IMG/VR virus record: IMGVR_UViG_3300007276_000178
Location: 1 to 31,516 of that record
DNA length: 31,516 nucleotides
Source: a virus
Lineage: Duplodnaviria; Caudoviricetes
Direction: 5' to 3' (one strand)
Position 1 is the first letter of the stretch. The number at the start of each line of letters is the position of its first letter. Position numbers and translations under genes: made by a program. A model generated the notes under the pieces. That model saw only the letters and a list, made by a program, of their open reading frames with translations, was not told the origin of the DNA and did not search any database. Positions 17,525-27,356 of this stretch are shown here, piece by piece.

Positions 17525-17794
17525 TTACTGATTAGGCCCTGATGGAAATGACCCACTAGTAGTCTCTGGGTTTACATCATAAGTTACCACACCATTTTCT
17601 ACTAACTCTAATTGTGACTGGTCTAACCACACCCACTCTGGAGTACCCCCCGCTTCTAATACCTTCTGTTGTTGCAATCCATAGTGGTGACACCCTGTAG
17701 AATACTCTGCACGTACACGCACAATACCTTCCAGTTTAGTTACTTTATCTCTAAGTAAGTCACCATTTTCATATTTAAAGTTTACTGTCGTCAT
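17525..17794 (-). CDS. Conserved phage hypothetical protein
   Basis: GD..RD.VT..EG.......TGC..Y. Confidence 0.7.
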   Translation of the reverse strand: MTTVNFKYENGDLLRDKVTKLEGIVRVRAEYSTGCHHYGLQQQKVLEAGGTPEWVWLDQSQLELVENGVVTYDVNPETTSGSFPSGPNQ

Positions 17795-17807
17795 ATTACA
17801 TTTCCTA

Positions 17808-18257
17808 TTAATTTAATTCAGTTTGTTGTTTATAATCGCCAACGAAGTTAATAACTCCTGACATTGGCCCTAATTTTCTAGCATCTACGTCTTTAATACT
17901 TTCAATCATACTCTCTTTTGCTGCTAATAGTTTTGACTCTGCATGAGACAGTGAGTTAACAATGGCTGCAACTGGAGTATCTGCATTCATTAATGCGCCT
18001 ACTGGGTAGTCAAAGTTATTTAACCTCTCTTGTAAACTATCCACACGCAATTGATATTCTTTTATATTCAAGTGTTGGTTCTTAATGTTAGAAAGATCAC
18101 TGGAATGGCTAATCCAAGATACTAGGGGTATAATACAAAATACTATACCAAATATTATCATAAAGAAGCCTCCACCTTCATCATACCTATGGAATGACTT
18201 TATGACTCCTAGTATTACTGCTATAAAAGCCAATAACCATAATATATAAAATAACAT
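17808..18257 (-). CDS. Two-TM membrane protein with coiled coil
   Basis: Two N-terminal hydrophobic segments. Confidence 0.7.
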   Translation of the reverse strand: MLFYILWLLAFIAVILGVIKSFHRYDEGGGFFMIIFGIVFCIIPLVSWISHSSDLSNIKNQHLNIKEYQLRVDSLQERLNNFDYPVGALMNADTPVAAIVNSLSHAESKLLAAKESMIESIKDVDARKLGPMSGVINFVGDYKQQTELN

Positions 18258-18451
18258 TACATTCCCTCCTTAACAAATAACACAATACCTTCATGTGCTA
18301 CATTTACTTGACTAATAACCTCATTACTTTCCATAACCCCTCCTATTCTAAGTTGTTCAGTTAACCATTCATACGTTAATGTTAATCCCTTACCTCCATC
18401 TTCATGCTCGAAGTCATTAATAGGGACTTGTGATAGAAATTTAGGCATCAT
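18257..18451 (-). CDS. Hypothetical protein
   Basis: Coupled ORF. Confidence 0.6.
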   Translation of the reverse strand: MMPKFLSQVPINDFEHEDGGKGLTLTYEWLTEQLRIGGVMESNEVISQVNVAHEGIVLFVKEGM

Positions 18452-18695
18452 TATTATTCATCTCCTCTAATAGTTTAGTTGCTTTATCAATATCAGCTTG
18501 TAATTTACGTTTAATAAAAGCACGATTGAATACTTGATCTAATTCTTCCTGAGTGAAAACATTATCTATACCTGCATCAGGTAATCCTTTAACCTCTAAA
18601 GAATAATGTTTTTCATCATCATATTCATCCTCTTCTGTGATAACTAAGGTTGCTTTTAGTTCATCTCCAATTTTATATCTTGTTTTATCGTTCAT
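18441..18695 (-). CDS. Hypothetical protein
   Basis: Coupled ORF. Confidence 0.65.
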   Translation of the reverse strand: MNDKTRYKIGDELKATLVITEEDEYDDEKHYSLEVKGLPDAGIDNVFTQEELDQVFNRAFIKRKLQADIDKATKLLEEMNNNDA

Positions 18696-19083
18696 TTATT
18701 TCTCCATTGATTTCATCTAATTTATTCAACATTCTTATTAAATCTATTTGTGTTAAACCCTCTACACTCTTATTCCTATAGCTATTCATAAATACACTAT
18801 ACCTATTACATCTGTCTTTATAACCTCCTACTTTTTCTTCTACTATGTCTGACCATAGTACAGGGGAGGGTGAATTAGGTTTACGTTTGCCACTAAAATT
18901 ACGACTTATAGCTTTCTGTAGAAAATAAAGAAAATATCCTCTTACACTATTAGGTACATAGTAATTAGGCTCATCTTCTGGTAATTCTTCAAACCACTCC
19001 CAGTTATCTAGTTTATTGTACACTTCTACTTGTCTAGAGATAGGTATTTTATTTACTATAGTTTCTACATAATCATTCTTCAT
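18685..19083 (-). CDS. Hypothetical protein
   Basis: GAGGA RBS. Confidence 0.65.
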   Translation of the reverse strand: MKNDYVETIVNKIPISRQVEVYNKLDNWEWFEELPEDEPNYYVPNSVRGYFLYFLQKAISRNFSGKRKPNSPSPVLWSDIVEEKVGGYKDRCNRYSVFMNSYRNKSVEGLTQIDLIRMLNKLDEINGEINER

Positions 19084-19084
19084 G

Positions 19085-19222
19085 TTAATCCTCTATTTTG
19101 TTTAAGTAGGCGTATTCACCATTAATCTTAAAAGCGTAGTCATTATAGGCCTTGGCTGCATCTGTTTCCAATACATGATTACCTAGATGTTTTTGTTTAC
19201 CATCTTTTTTAAATTTAGCCAC
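19085..19222 (-). pseudogene. Isolated AP2 DNA-binding domain (remnant of an HNH-AP2 endonuclease)
   Basis: VAKFKKDGKQKHLGNHVLETDAAKAYNDYAFKINGEYAYLNKIED aligns with the C-terminus of 25163..25843. Confidence 0.75.
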
Positions 19223-19227
19223 CCTCT

Positions 19228-21900
19228 TTAGTGACAGTCCGACCAATCTTTACCAATTGCATACCCTGCGGTCAATGGTACTTTCAACTTAAAATGTTCT
19301 GTAGTCATATCTACTGCCTTGGTTATCAGCTCAGAGGATAGACTCCAACCTAAGAACACTCTATCTCCTTTATAAATAGGCTCAGACCATATCTTATCAT
19401 CTTCTTTACTAAAAGTCAACGCTTCTTCTTTACTATTAAAAGATTTAAATATAAAGTTCTCACGGTTCTCTTCTATCTGCGCTTCATCATGAAACATTAT
19501 AAGTGATTGTGAGAACTTCTTATTTCTCCAGTCATCCTTAAAGAAATCGCAAGATAGTCCTGCATCATTAATTAACTTATCGTGGTAAACTGCCGCTACT
19601 TTAGCACAAATAACCCCTCCGCTTTGGAATAAAGAATTTAAGAGGGCATGTTTAGCCCTAGTATATATCTTCCTGCCATCAAGAGCGATAATATACTTCT
19701 TATCTCCCTTTACTTCCCACCATTTAGTCAACTTATCCTGTAGTATCTTGAGAGGTTTAGCAACTTCCCAGTAGGTGTCAAATACTCTCTCTCCTGTTTT
19801 GACATCACAGCCGATAGTCTGAGCTACTTTAGGTGCTTGTCCTCCATAAGCAATACAATAGTTCACAGATTTGGCACTACCTCTATCAAATGTTGTACCT
19901 AATGTTAGAGACAAGGCTTCTGCCATGATTGTATGTGCGTCCAGAGGTTTAGGTCTTACTAGAGAATTACAGTAAGGTTTATCCTCACTATCATAACCCC
20001 AAGTGTAGTGTGCCTGAATTACATTCTCTAGACTATCAAAATCATACCCAACTTGTAAGTAATCTTTATCTACTCCAAACAAAGCCCTCATCTGTTTGCC
20101 ATATAAAGATGTAGTACGAGGAATATTCGTAACCTTTTTATGCTTAAATCTACTTGATGCACAACCACAAGTATCAGCTTCCGTAGCAATTCTCCCATCC
20201 TCCCTTACATGAGCCATATACCCTTTTTCAGCTTCTTCATCACTATCCCAATCTGCATCTCCACCTAAAATACTTGAACGCCTGTGTTTATATGTAAGAT
20301 ATTCTACAATATCCTGTACGTAAGGAAATCTCTCAGCAATACGTTCTAAATCCTTACACAACTCTTTATTTTGGCCTACTGTGAAGGAAGCGTTGGTCAG
20401 AACTTTACATCCATACCGTTCTGCTTTTTCCATCATCTTACTTTTTAAACTCAAGTAAGTAGGCCTAGCTCTTAGGTGTTTGCAACGATCAGAACAAAAC
20501 TCAGAATTAAGAGTCTCTTCTATATACCTATCTACAGCTACTTCCAGTTCTTCCTTAGTGCGCTTAATCTTAGTGCCAGACTTTAGTGTAATGTCCTTCA
20601 TCTTATACTCAGATGGTTGCCATCCTAGAGATACCAGCCACTCTTTAATATGGGTAGTATTTTTAATTTCAGCCACCATGTGAGTCTTCAACGCCTTCAC
20701 ATCAATAGGTAACTTCATAGTCTCACCAAACACTATAATAGTTAAATTATCCTCATCATAACTACCACCATGTTTATCTGCAAACTTCTTAATATTAGCC
20801 GATAAAGATTTCTCTGTAAATGCTACAGGAGGAAAACTATAATTGCCACCACCTGTATCATAGTCTTTCTTTAATGTAATACCATTTACTTCAATCTCAC
20901 ATTTATCTTCATTATAAGTGGCATCATATTTCTCTAGCCATTTCTCGCCCGTCTTACTTAACTTCATCTTCTTGTTAAAGAATGACTTAGGGAATGGAAT
21001 CTCCTTCTCTAGTATCTGACTAGCAGGAGGTGTATGTTCCTTTAGAAACTTCTTAGTAGCTGGTCGTGGTGGTAGTAATGGTTCTACACGTTGTCGTCTT
21101 TCTTCCATGAGTTCGTCAAGCTCACGAATACATTTCTCAGCTAATTCTATGTCAAACTTGAATCCTCTGTGACTAGAGCGACATACTATTTCTGCCACTT
21201 TCTTCTCTAATCTAATAGCTGCATCCCAATTCCAATCGTCTTGCTTACGTTCTTTCTCTAAGTAATTATATACATCTGTATTAGACTTCACATCAAAAAT
21301 ATTGTAGTACAACATATCCACTGCAAATGTATTGTACTTATCTTTCTTAGGTACGTGTGGTCTAAAATCTACCTTCTCAGCACCTCCAGCTACTTTAGAT
21401 AATTTATCTAGACTGTGACCACATAAACGATCAGAGTTTAATGTTTTAGATAAGATCATTGTATCTACAATATCCACTTCTCTACCACACCACGTATCAG
21501 ACTCTCCGTCTAACCCACCAATAGTATAGTCCATACCGAAGTACAACTTACAGGAGAGGAAATCAAAGTTAATTCCATTGTGAAATACAACCTTATCTAA
21601 ATCCTTAATACCTTTAATGTAATCAGGAAATTCCCTTAATTGATAATGCGTGTATTCAATAGGTTCATAATCTTTCAACTCATAAGTGTACTTATCATCT
21701 TTCTCAATAAACTCACGACCATCCAGAATATACTTCTTCCCATTGTAGAATGCTATAATCTCATTAGTCTCATGTATCTCTAATACAATACAGTGAGTTT
21801 TGTAAGTATCTTTAAGTTTATAAGGCGATGAATTATAACAAATACTATCATTGTTGAGTAGATTATTAGTCTCGATATCTCCTGTAATGTTAACTGCCAT
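19228..21900 (-). CDS. DNA polymerase family A (T7-like, with 3'-5' exonuclease domain)
   Basis: DIET, HNGINFD, Y...D exonuclease motifs; DFDSLE (A), R..AK..NY...YG (B), LNSLFQSGG, HDE (C). Confidence 0.95.
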   Translation of the reverse strand: MAVNITGDIETNNLLNNDSICYNSSPYKLKDTYKTHCIVLEIHETNEIIAFYNGKKYILDGREFIEKDDKYTYELKDYEPIEYTHYQLREFPDYIKGIKDLDKVVFHNGINFDFLSCKLYFGMDYTIGGLDGESDTWCGREVDIVDTMILSKTLNSDRLCGHSLDKLSKVAGGAEKVDFRPHVPKKDKYNTFAVDMLYYNIFDVKSNTDVYNYLEKERKQDDWNWDAAIRLEKKVAEIVCRSSHRGFKFDIELAEKCIRELDELMEERRQRVEPLLPPRPATKKFLKEHTPPASQILEKEIPFPKSFFNKKMKLSKTGEKWLEKYDATYNEDKCEIEVNGITLKKDYDTGGGNYSFPPVAFTEKSLSANIKKFADKHGGSYDEDNLTIIVFGETMKLPIDVKALKTHMVAEIKNTTHIKEWLVSLGWQPSEYKMKDITLKSGTKIKRTKEELEVAVDRYIEETLNSEFCSDRCKHLRARPTYLSLKSKMMEKAERYGCKVLTNASFTVGQNKELCKDLERIAERFPYVQDIVEYLTYKHRRSSILGGDADWDSDEEAEKGYMAHVREDGRIATEADTCGCASSRFKHKKVTNIPRTTSLYGKQMRALFGVDKDYLQVGYDFDSLENVIQAHYTWGYDSEDKPYCNSLVRPKPLDAHTIMAEALSLTLGTTFDRGSAKSVNYCIAYGGQAPKVAQTIGCDVKTGERVFDTYWEVAKPLKILQDKLTKWWEVKGDKKYIIALDGRKIYTRAKHALLNSLFQSGGVICAKVAAVYHDKLINDAGLSCDFFKDDWRNKKFSQSLIMFHDEAQIEENRENFIFKSFNSKEEALTFSKEDDKIWSEPIYKGDRVFLGWSLSSELITKAVDMTTEHFKLKVPLTAGYAIGKDWSDCH

Positions 21901-21902
21901 TT

Positions 21903-22178
21903 TTACACCTTTATCTTTTTAATAAACTCAATCTTCTCATTAATCTTCTTACGTAAATAAGGCTCTATAGGTTCATAGTCACCTTCATCTTCAATCCATT
22001 CTCTCATGTCATCATCTGAATACCAGATAGATTCACCCAAGAACTTAACATGTAAACCATACATAGCTGTCATTGTAATCTCTAATTGTGGGTACTCATC
22101 TTCCCGACCAAGACATTCCCATATATCAGCGTCTATATTATCACATGCCTCTACTACTTGCTCTAATTCTTTATTCAT
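21903..22178 (-). CDS. Hypothetical protein
   Basis: GAGGAG RBS. Confidence 0.7.
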   Translation of the reverse strand: MNKELEQVVEACDNIDADIWECLGREDEYPQLEITMTAMYGLHVKFLGESIWYSDDDMREWIEDEGDYEPIEPYLRKKINEKIEFIKKIKV

Positions 22179-24017
22179 TTAATACTCCTCAGTATTATTC
22201 TCTAACCAATCATCTTTGTCATGCAGTTTATGAGTTTTATAGTCATAATATATCTCACAACATTTACCTGTAACACCATTACCCCTATTTTTGGTTAGTG
22301 TTACTCTTGTAGTATTCTTCTCTTCTGGGCATTCAGCCAGTTTATCTCTTGACATAAGAATTACCGTACTAGCACTTTTAATAGCAGTAGAGCTTCCATA
22401 AATACTGTGTTCATTTACAGAATGAGGGTTTACTTCCTTCCCTGACATCTCCTTACGCATGTGCATAATGCCTATAATAATTACTTCATTAGCTGCAATT
22501 ACTTTCTTAATCCTGCCCATAAACTCTGCTTGTGCATTTATATCTAAATTATCCATCAAATCAGATAGTACGTCAATGATAATTAACTTTACACCGAAGC
22601 CTCTAATAAGTTTATCTATATTCTTAAACACTTCCTCTGGATTAGATAGATAACTTCTATCGTCCATAATGTAAAATCTATCATCTCCGTCTACTGTTCT
22701 GAGTAATTCTTCTGATTTATCCTTATTATCAAGTAAGAACTTAACCTTATCATCTTCATTTGATATAGATGCTATGCGTTTGTTTAAGTGTAAGGATAGT
22801 AATTGCTCTCCTAGTACATGTTTAGATGCCTCTAGGCTTATAACACCTACCTTATCTTCTGCATTCATTACTAAGTGATAGAGTATTTCATTAGTAACTG
22901 TACTCTTACCTACGCTGGTATGGGCAGCTATAATGTTAAAGGTGTTCATAGATAAACCACCCTCCAGCATAACATTAACTTTATCTAAGAAGTTAGGTAA
23001 AGGTACTTTCTTCTTAGATACGTTCTCTAAGATTCCATCGAATATTGTACTACTTCCAGTGATACCTGCAACTACAGGTTTTTTAGCATTGTAAATATTC
23101 CTAATATAATCATTAGCAAGCCCATTTTTAAGTACATCACAAGCGTCTTTACAATCCTCTGGCTGTTCCATGACCCTTACTTTTAAATAAGGTAAAACTT
23201 TAAGTAATTTTTCTACAGCAAGATCACCTGCTTTATCATTATCTAGATTTAAGATGATACTATCATATCCATCTAAGAAATCATATTGCTTCTGACATTG
23301 TTTATCTATACTACCCTCTCCTAGACTAGAGGATACTACATCAATAGGTGCTATGCTATCCTTACCTTTACGCTTACGGTATTCTTCAATCATCTGTCTG
23401 GCTGCTATTGTATCCTCCTCTCCTCCACAGATTATCACCCGTTTACTACTACTGCATTTCCACTGCCCAAACAAATCACTATCCATAGATAATAGTCCAG
23501 TAGGGTAGAAATCTTTAGTAGCACACACTCGTTTCTTAAACGCAGTTATCTTAGGCTTACCAGAATCATTTACTCCTTGAGTCACAGGATAGTATCTGCA
23601 TTTTACAGCACCATCCCCATCAAATTCAGTCCTTACTCCATAGTATTTATTCCACTCATCTTTAATCTTACGATAGCCACCACCTTTTAGTGATGAGTTA
23701 TCTATAATTTCTTTAAATTGTTCCTTACTAATAGGAGCTTTTTCTTTAGTCTTACTACGTCTAGTTCTAGTAATCACCTTTTCCTCCTGTTTTTTATTAC
23801 TGTTTGTTTTAATTAACTTCTTAATGTCATATTCTTCTGCTAGGAAAGTTTCTGCTAATTTATTGGTAGACTTATATTGACCATCGGGACAATCTGGAGT
23901 TTGACAGAATCCATCTATAATGCCATCTGGTTTTTCATATAAGCTTAAATTATTAGAAGAGGAGCAGAAGGGGCATTCTACATTTTTTATCCATATACCA
24001 TTTTCGTGTTCAGTCAT
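22179..24017 (-). CDS. DNA primase-helicase (T7 gp4-like)
   Basis: CPFC...C..C Zn finger, TOPRIM (GGEED, DNDKAG), AHTSVGKST, SLE, IID, KNR..G.TG. Confidence 0.95.
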   Translation of the reverse strand: MTEHENGIWIKNVECPFCSSSNNLSLYEKPDGIIDGFCQTPDCPDGQYKSTNKLAETFLAEEYDIKKLIKTNSNKKQEEKVITRTRRSKTKEKAPISKEQFKEIIDNSSLKGGGYRKIKDEWNKYYGVRTEFDGDGAVKCRYYPVTQGVNDSGKPKITAFKKRVCATKDFYPTGLLSMDSDLFGQWKCSSSKRVIICGGEEDTIAARQMIEEYRKRKGKDSIAPIDVVSSSLGEGSIDKQCQKQYDFLDGYDSIILNLDNDKAGDLAVEKLLKVLPYLKVRVMEQPEDCKDACDVLKNGLANDYIRNIYNAKKPVVAGITGSSTIFDGILENVSKKKVPLPNFLDKVNVMLEGGLSMNTFNIIAAHTSVGKSTVTNEILYHLVMNAEDKVGVISLEASKHVLGEQLLSLHLNKRIASISNEDDKVKFLLDNKDKSEELLRTVDGDDRFYIMDDRSYLSNPEEVFKNIDKLIRGFGVKLIIIDVLSDLMDNLDINAQAEFMGRIKKVIAANEVIIIGIMHMRKEMSGKEVNPHSVNEHSIYGSSTAIKSASTVILMSRDKLAECPEEKNTTRVTLTKNRGNGVTGKCCEIYYDYKTHKLHDKDDWLENNTEEY

Positions 24018-24035
24018 ATTTTATTACTTCTCATA

Positions 24036-24257
24036 CTATTCTTTAAGTATCTTAGTTACATTCTCTTCTGAATTATTAATACATGGTGGGTAAAAGCTAT
24101 AAGGTTCAGTTATAGATATTATAGTGTTATTTAACCTTTTTACTGTCTCTAACAACTCTTCAATTCTATCCGCTGCCTGTATTTGAGCTTGGCAATTGAT
24201 TAATCCATTATTTTCTCTTAATGTACTGCATAACTCTTCATCTGTGTAATTATCCAT
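24036..24257 (-). CDS. Hypothetical protein
   Basis: AADRIEEL phage motif; GGAGG RBS. Confidence 0.65.
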   Translation of the reverse strand: MDNYTDEELCSTLRENNGLINCQAQIQAADRIEELLETVKRLNNTIISITEPYSFYPPCINNSEENVTKILKE

Positions 24258-24266
24258 AACCCCCTC

Positions 24267-24443
24267 CTAAGCACTAATATCTAATAGTTTACCATCTTTA
24301 TCGAACTCGAAGTATATACAATCACCCTCTTTTTTGGAGTAGTATTCTAAGTATGTTTCTCCACAGCGGTATTTAGTATAATCTCCCTTACCTTCATTTT
24401 GTAATCTAGCTAATATATTTTGTATATTGTGTTGGTCAGTCAT
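24267..24443 (-). CDS. Hypothetical protein, 58 aa (not in track)
   Basis: MTDQHNIQ...FEFDKDGKLL; fills the gap. Confidence 0.6.
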   Translation of the reverse strand: MTDQHNIQNILARLQNEGKGDYTKYRCGETYLEYYSKKEGDCIYFEFDKDGKLLDISA

Positions 24444-24446
24444 CCT

Positions 24447-24659
24447 CTAATCCTCAAGTGGTTTTATCTGATGATGTTCTAGGTAAGTGTTAATGAAGCC
24501 TTTATGATTATCTGGCATCTGTACCACAACATATAATTTATTATTTACCACTTCAAAACCTAATATGTGTCCAAAACCAGTTCTTTTACTCATCATTTCA
24601 TCGTAAGTATTGTCTACACCTTGCACTACTAATCCTAATTTGCATTCACTTAATTTCAT
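24447..24659 (-). CDS. Hypothetical protein
   Basis: Coupled ORF. Confidence 0.6.
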   Translation of the reverse strand: MKLSECKLGLVVQGVDNTYDEMMSKRTGFGHILGFEVVNNKLYVVVQMPDNHKGFINTYLEHHQIKPLED

Positions 24660-24856
24660 AACTTACTTATCCTCTTAATAATACTATTAAATTGTTCTAA
24701 GGGTAGATCCACACGCACTAAGCCTCTAGTTAGTATCACCTCAGTATAATTATTACCATCTCTTGTTCCACTCCCGTAATAGTGTGTTATTGAATCCTCA
24801 TTTATTACTACATTCGTACCATCAATTTCTTTTACTTGTATATAATTTCTCATCAT
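24656..24856 (-). CDS. Hypothetical protein
   Basis: Coupled ORF. Confidence 0.6.
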   Translation of the reverse strand: MMRNYIQVKEIDGTNVVINEDSITHYYGSGTRDGNNYTEVILTRGLVRVDLPLEQFNSIIKRISKL

Positions 24857-25092
24857 TTATCCTTTAATGTTAATGCTTGTTGTAATTTAATATCTATTTT
24901 TAATTCAGTATAAGATAAGTGAGCGAATTTAGATTCTTTTATACTTAACACTATACAAGAAGTGCCTAACACTTTAATGAATTTTTTGCTATCATATAAA
25001 GAGTAATACATATCTAGTGTAGCTAATTCCTTATTACTTAGAGGTAATTTATACCTAAGGTTTAGTGTTGTGCAGTGGTGAGAATTTGTCAT
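24853..25092 (-). CDS. Hypothetical protein
   Basis: GGAG RBS. Confidence 0.55.
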   Translation of the reverse strand: MTNSHHCTTLNLRYKLPLSNKELATLDMYYSLYDSKKFIKVLGTSCIVLSIKESKFAHLSYTELKIDIKLQQALTLKDK

Positions 25093-25162
25093 TACTTAAC
25101 TCCATACTTCAAATTATTGTAATATCGTTGCACATCTCTATTGATAACGATATCATTTATAG

Positions 25163-25843
25163 TTAATACTCTACCTTGTTTAGATTAGCATACTCTCCGA
25201 AAAGTTCTTTAGCTTTCTTGTTATAAATTAATGCAGCCTCTTTTTCATCTGTAAAATAACCTAGATGATGAAGTTTTCCTCCTCTCATAACCCTAGCTAC
25301 CCAATTATGACTTGCCTTACTCCAATGTACTCCTTTATACTTACTGGATTTCCCTATATCAGCACCCTTATTCATTAAGTTTTGACTGTGTGTAGCCCAC
25401 CTACAATTGACTTTATAATATCCTTTATCATTATCAATCCTATCTAGTTCTAATCCCACTTTATAACCATTTATCATATCATCATAGAAATCCTGAAAAC
25501 TATTTAACCACCTATCACAGATAGTAATACCCCTTCCCCCATAATTCTTATAATTCTTATTTTTAGGATTATTACATCTTTGTTTCATGTTTAACCATAC
25601 AGTGTACAAAGGGTGTCCTGTTAAGCCATGTTTAGTACTCATCTTAATAGTAGTTTCTATTTTTAAACACCCACAGGATCGAATACAGCCATTCTTTAGA
25701 TGACTACCTACTACACTAGTAGTATTACCACACGTACAAAGACATACCCATTTTACTTTTGAAGCTTTAGTTCTATTATGATCTTCATCTATTACCCATA
25801 ATCTTCCAAAGATTTGGCCTTTTAATCTTAATTTGTTATGCAC
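25163..25843 (-). mobile_element. Free-standing HNH homing endonuclease with AP2 domain
   Basis: G..FGRL.V, C.C.CG, YGGRGI.IC.RW, LDRIDN.KGY...NCRWAT...N, SKYKGV...HLGYF..E.EAA..YN. Confidence 0.9.
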
Positions 25844-25856
25844 TGTTCACCTCTTC

Positions 25857-27095
25857 TTATAAATCCTCATAAAACTGTTTAACCTTTTTATCTACTATAA
25901 CATCCTCCATTGTCAACTTTCTACTCAACTCAGAGTTTTCCAGATTTCTCACTCTTGATAGTGCAGTATAACACAACCCTGCTGCAAGTCTAGGTTTATT
26001 ACCTAAATCTATATAAATATTATCTAAACTCATCCCTTGTGCTTTATCAATACTTATAGCATAACCTGCCTTAACGGGAATAGTTTTTATAGTTTTATCT
26101 AAACTCCTAACTAAACCCTTTATAGACATCTTATACTTATAGGTAGATTCTTTTTTATAACCTACATCTACAATAGTACCATCATCTTTCTTTATTGTTA
26201 CGTACTTCGGGTGTAAGCTTAGTATATACCCCCTTTCCCCATTCCTATACTCACCTTCTGAATCATTTACGCAGATTATTACTCTCATATTTTCTTTTAA
26301 GAATAAATCTGTATTTTTTATAAGAGTCTCCTCTCCTTTTATGCCTACTTTATAGGATGGGTATTTTACCTCTGGATTAGTATTAAGTTTATAGAACTTA
26401 TTGTTAATTTTATCTGAATCTATATTACGAGAGCATAAATAAAACCTATTATCTAACTCTTTAGAGACACACCAAGAGTTGACACTTTCTATAGCAGACT
26501 CCAACCCCTCTCCACCTTCTCTTATAGTGGATAATACTTTGATTTGCTCTGCATTACTTTGTCTATATACCTTTGTTAGGCATATTGTAGTAAAATCGGC
26601 ACTATCCCATACATTAGAGTGAAACATCCAAGGAGATTTATATAAACGCCTATATATCCTCTTCTCTGATACATCTACTATGGGGGCTAATTGGAATAAA
26701 TCTCCTACTAATACTACTTGGATGCCTCCAAAGGGTAGATCATTCTCTCTTACTTTTCTAAGTTTAATATCAATTAAATCCAAGTTATCTGCGCGTGTAC
26801 GAGAAATCTCATCCATTATAATACGTTTAACTTTAGTTCCACTGAATATAGCTCTGAATGTGCTGCTAATAGTATTTGCATCTTTCTCTGTGTAAAGACC
26901 TCTAGGTAGTCCAAATAAGGAATGTGTTGTCTCCCCTCCTATGTGTAAGGCACTTAGTCCAGAGGAGGATGATAGTACAGTATCTTTTGTGGTTATTTTC
27001 TCAATAAGAAAACTCTTGCCAACTCCTCCTCCACCTGAGAGAAATACATTACCACCTTTATTAATTAGGTCTATAGCTTCTAATTGCGTTCCCAT
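25857..27095 (-). CDS. SF1B Pif1/RecD-like DNA helicase
   Basis: G.GGVGKS, DEIS, PFGGIQVVLVGDLFQL.P, YRQ, NGERG, YAISIDKAQGMSLD, YTALSR. Confidence 0.92.
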   Translation of the reverse strand: MGTQLEAIDLINKGGNVFLSGGGGVGKSFLIEKITTKDTVLSSSSGLSALHIGGETTHSLFGLPRGLYTEKDANTISSTFRAIFSGTKVKRIIMDEISRTRADNLDLIDIKLRKVRENDLPFGGIQVVLVGDLFQLAPIVDVSEKRIYRRLYKSPWMFHSNVWDSADFTTICLTKVYRQSNAEQIKVLSTIREGGEGLESAIESVNSWCVSKELDNRFYLCSRNIDSDKINNKFYKLNTNPEVKYPSYKVGIKGEETLIKNTDLFLKENMRVIICVNDSEGEYRNGERGYILSLHPKYVTIKKDDGTIVDVGYKKESTYKYKMSIKGLVRSLDKTIKTIPVKAGYAISIDKAQGMSLDNIYIDLGNKPRLAAGLCYTALSRVRNLENSELSRKLTMEDVIVDKKVKQFYEDL

Positions 27096-27111
27096 ATTAA
27101 ACCTTATAATT

Positions 27112-27336
27112 CTAATTCTTACCTATTACAGTATACAGTACAGTACCTTGCCAGTCAAATATCCACACTAAACCTAGATATTCAGCCTTATAGGTTACTC
27201 CTCTATACTTACATTTCCTAATAATCTTCTTATTATCACCTTGACTATAAGCTAATTTAGCAGCTCTTATCCAACCAGAGGGGTGAATATTAGTCCTTTC
27301 TCTTAACCTTTCTCTGGCGTGTGGGATTATATTCAT
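27112..27336 (-). CDS. Small basic protein, possible RelE/DUF4258-like RNase fold
   Basis: PHARERLRER N-terminus and ...VLYTVI C-terminus. Confidence 0.5.
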   Translation of the reverse strand: MNIIPHARERLRERTNIHPSGWIRAAKLAYSQGDNKKIIRKCKYRGVTYKAEYLGLVWIFDWQGTVLYTVIGKN

Positions 27337-27356
27337 AGATTACTTCACCTCTTAAC

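Noticed and set aside
19228-21900. Intein or intron in the polymerase
   Set aside because: Frame is continuous, with no intein splice (C...HN) or LAGLIDADG motifs seen
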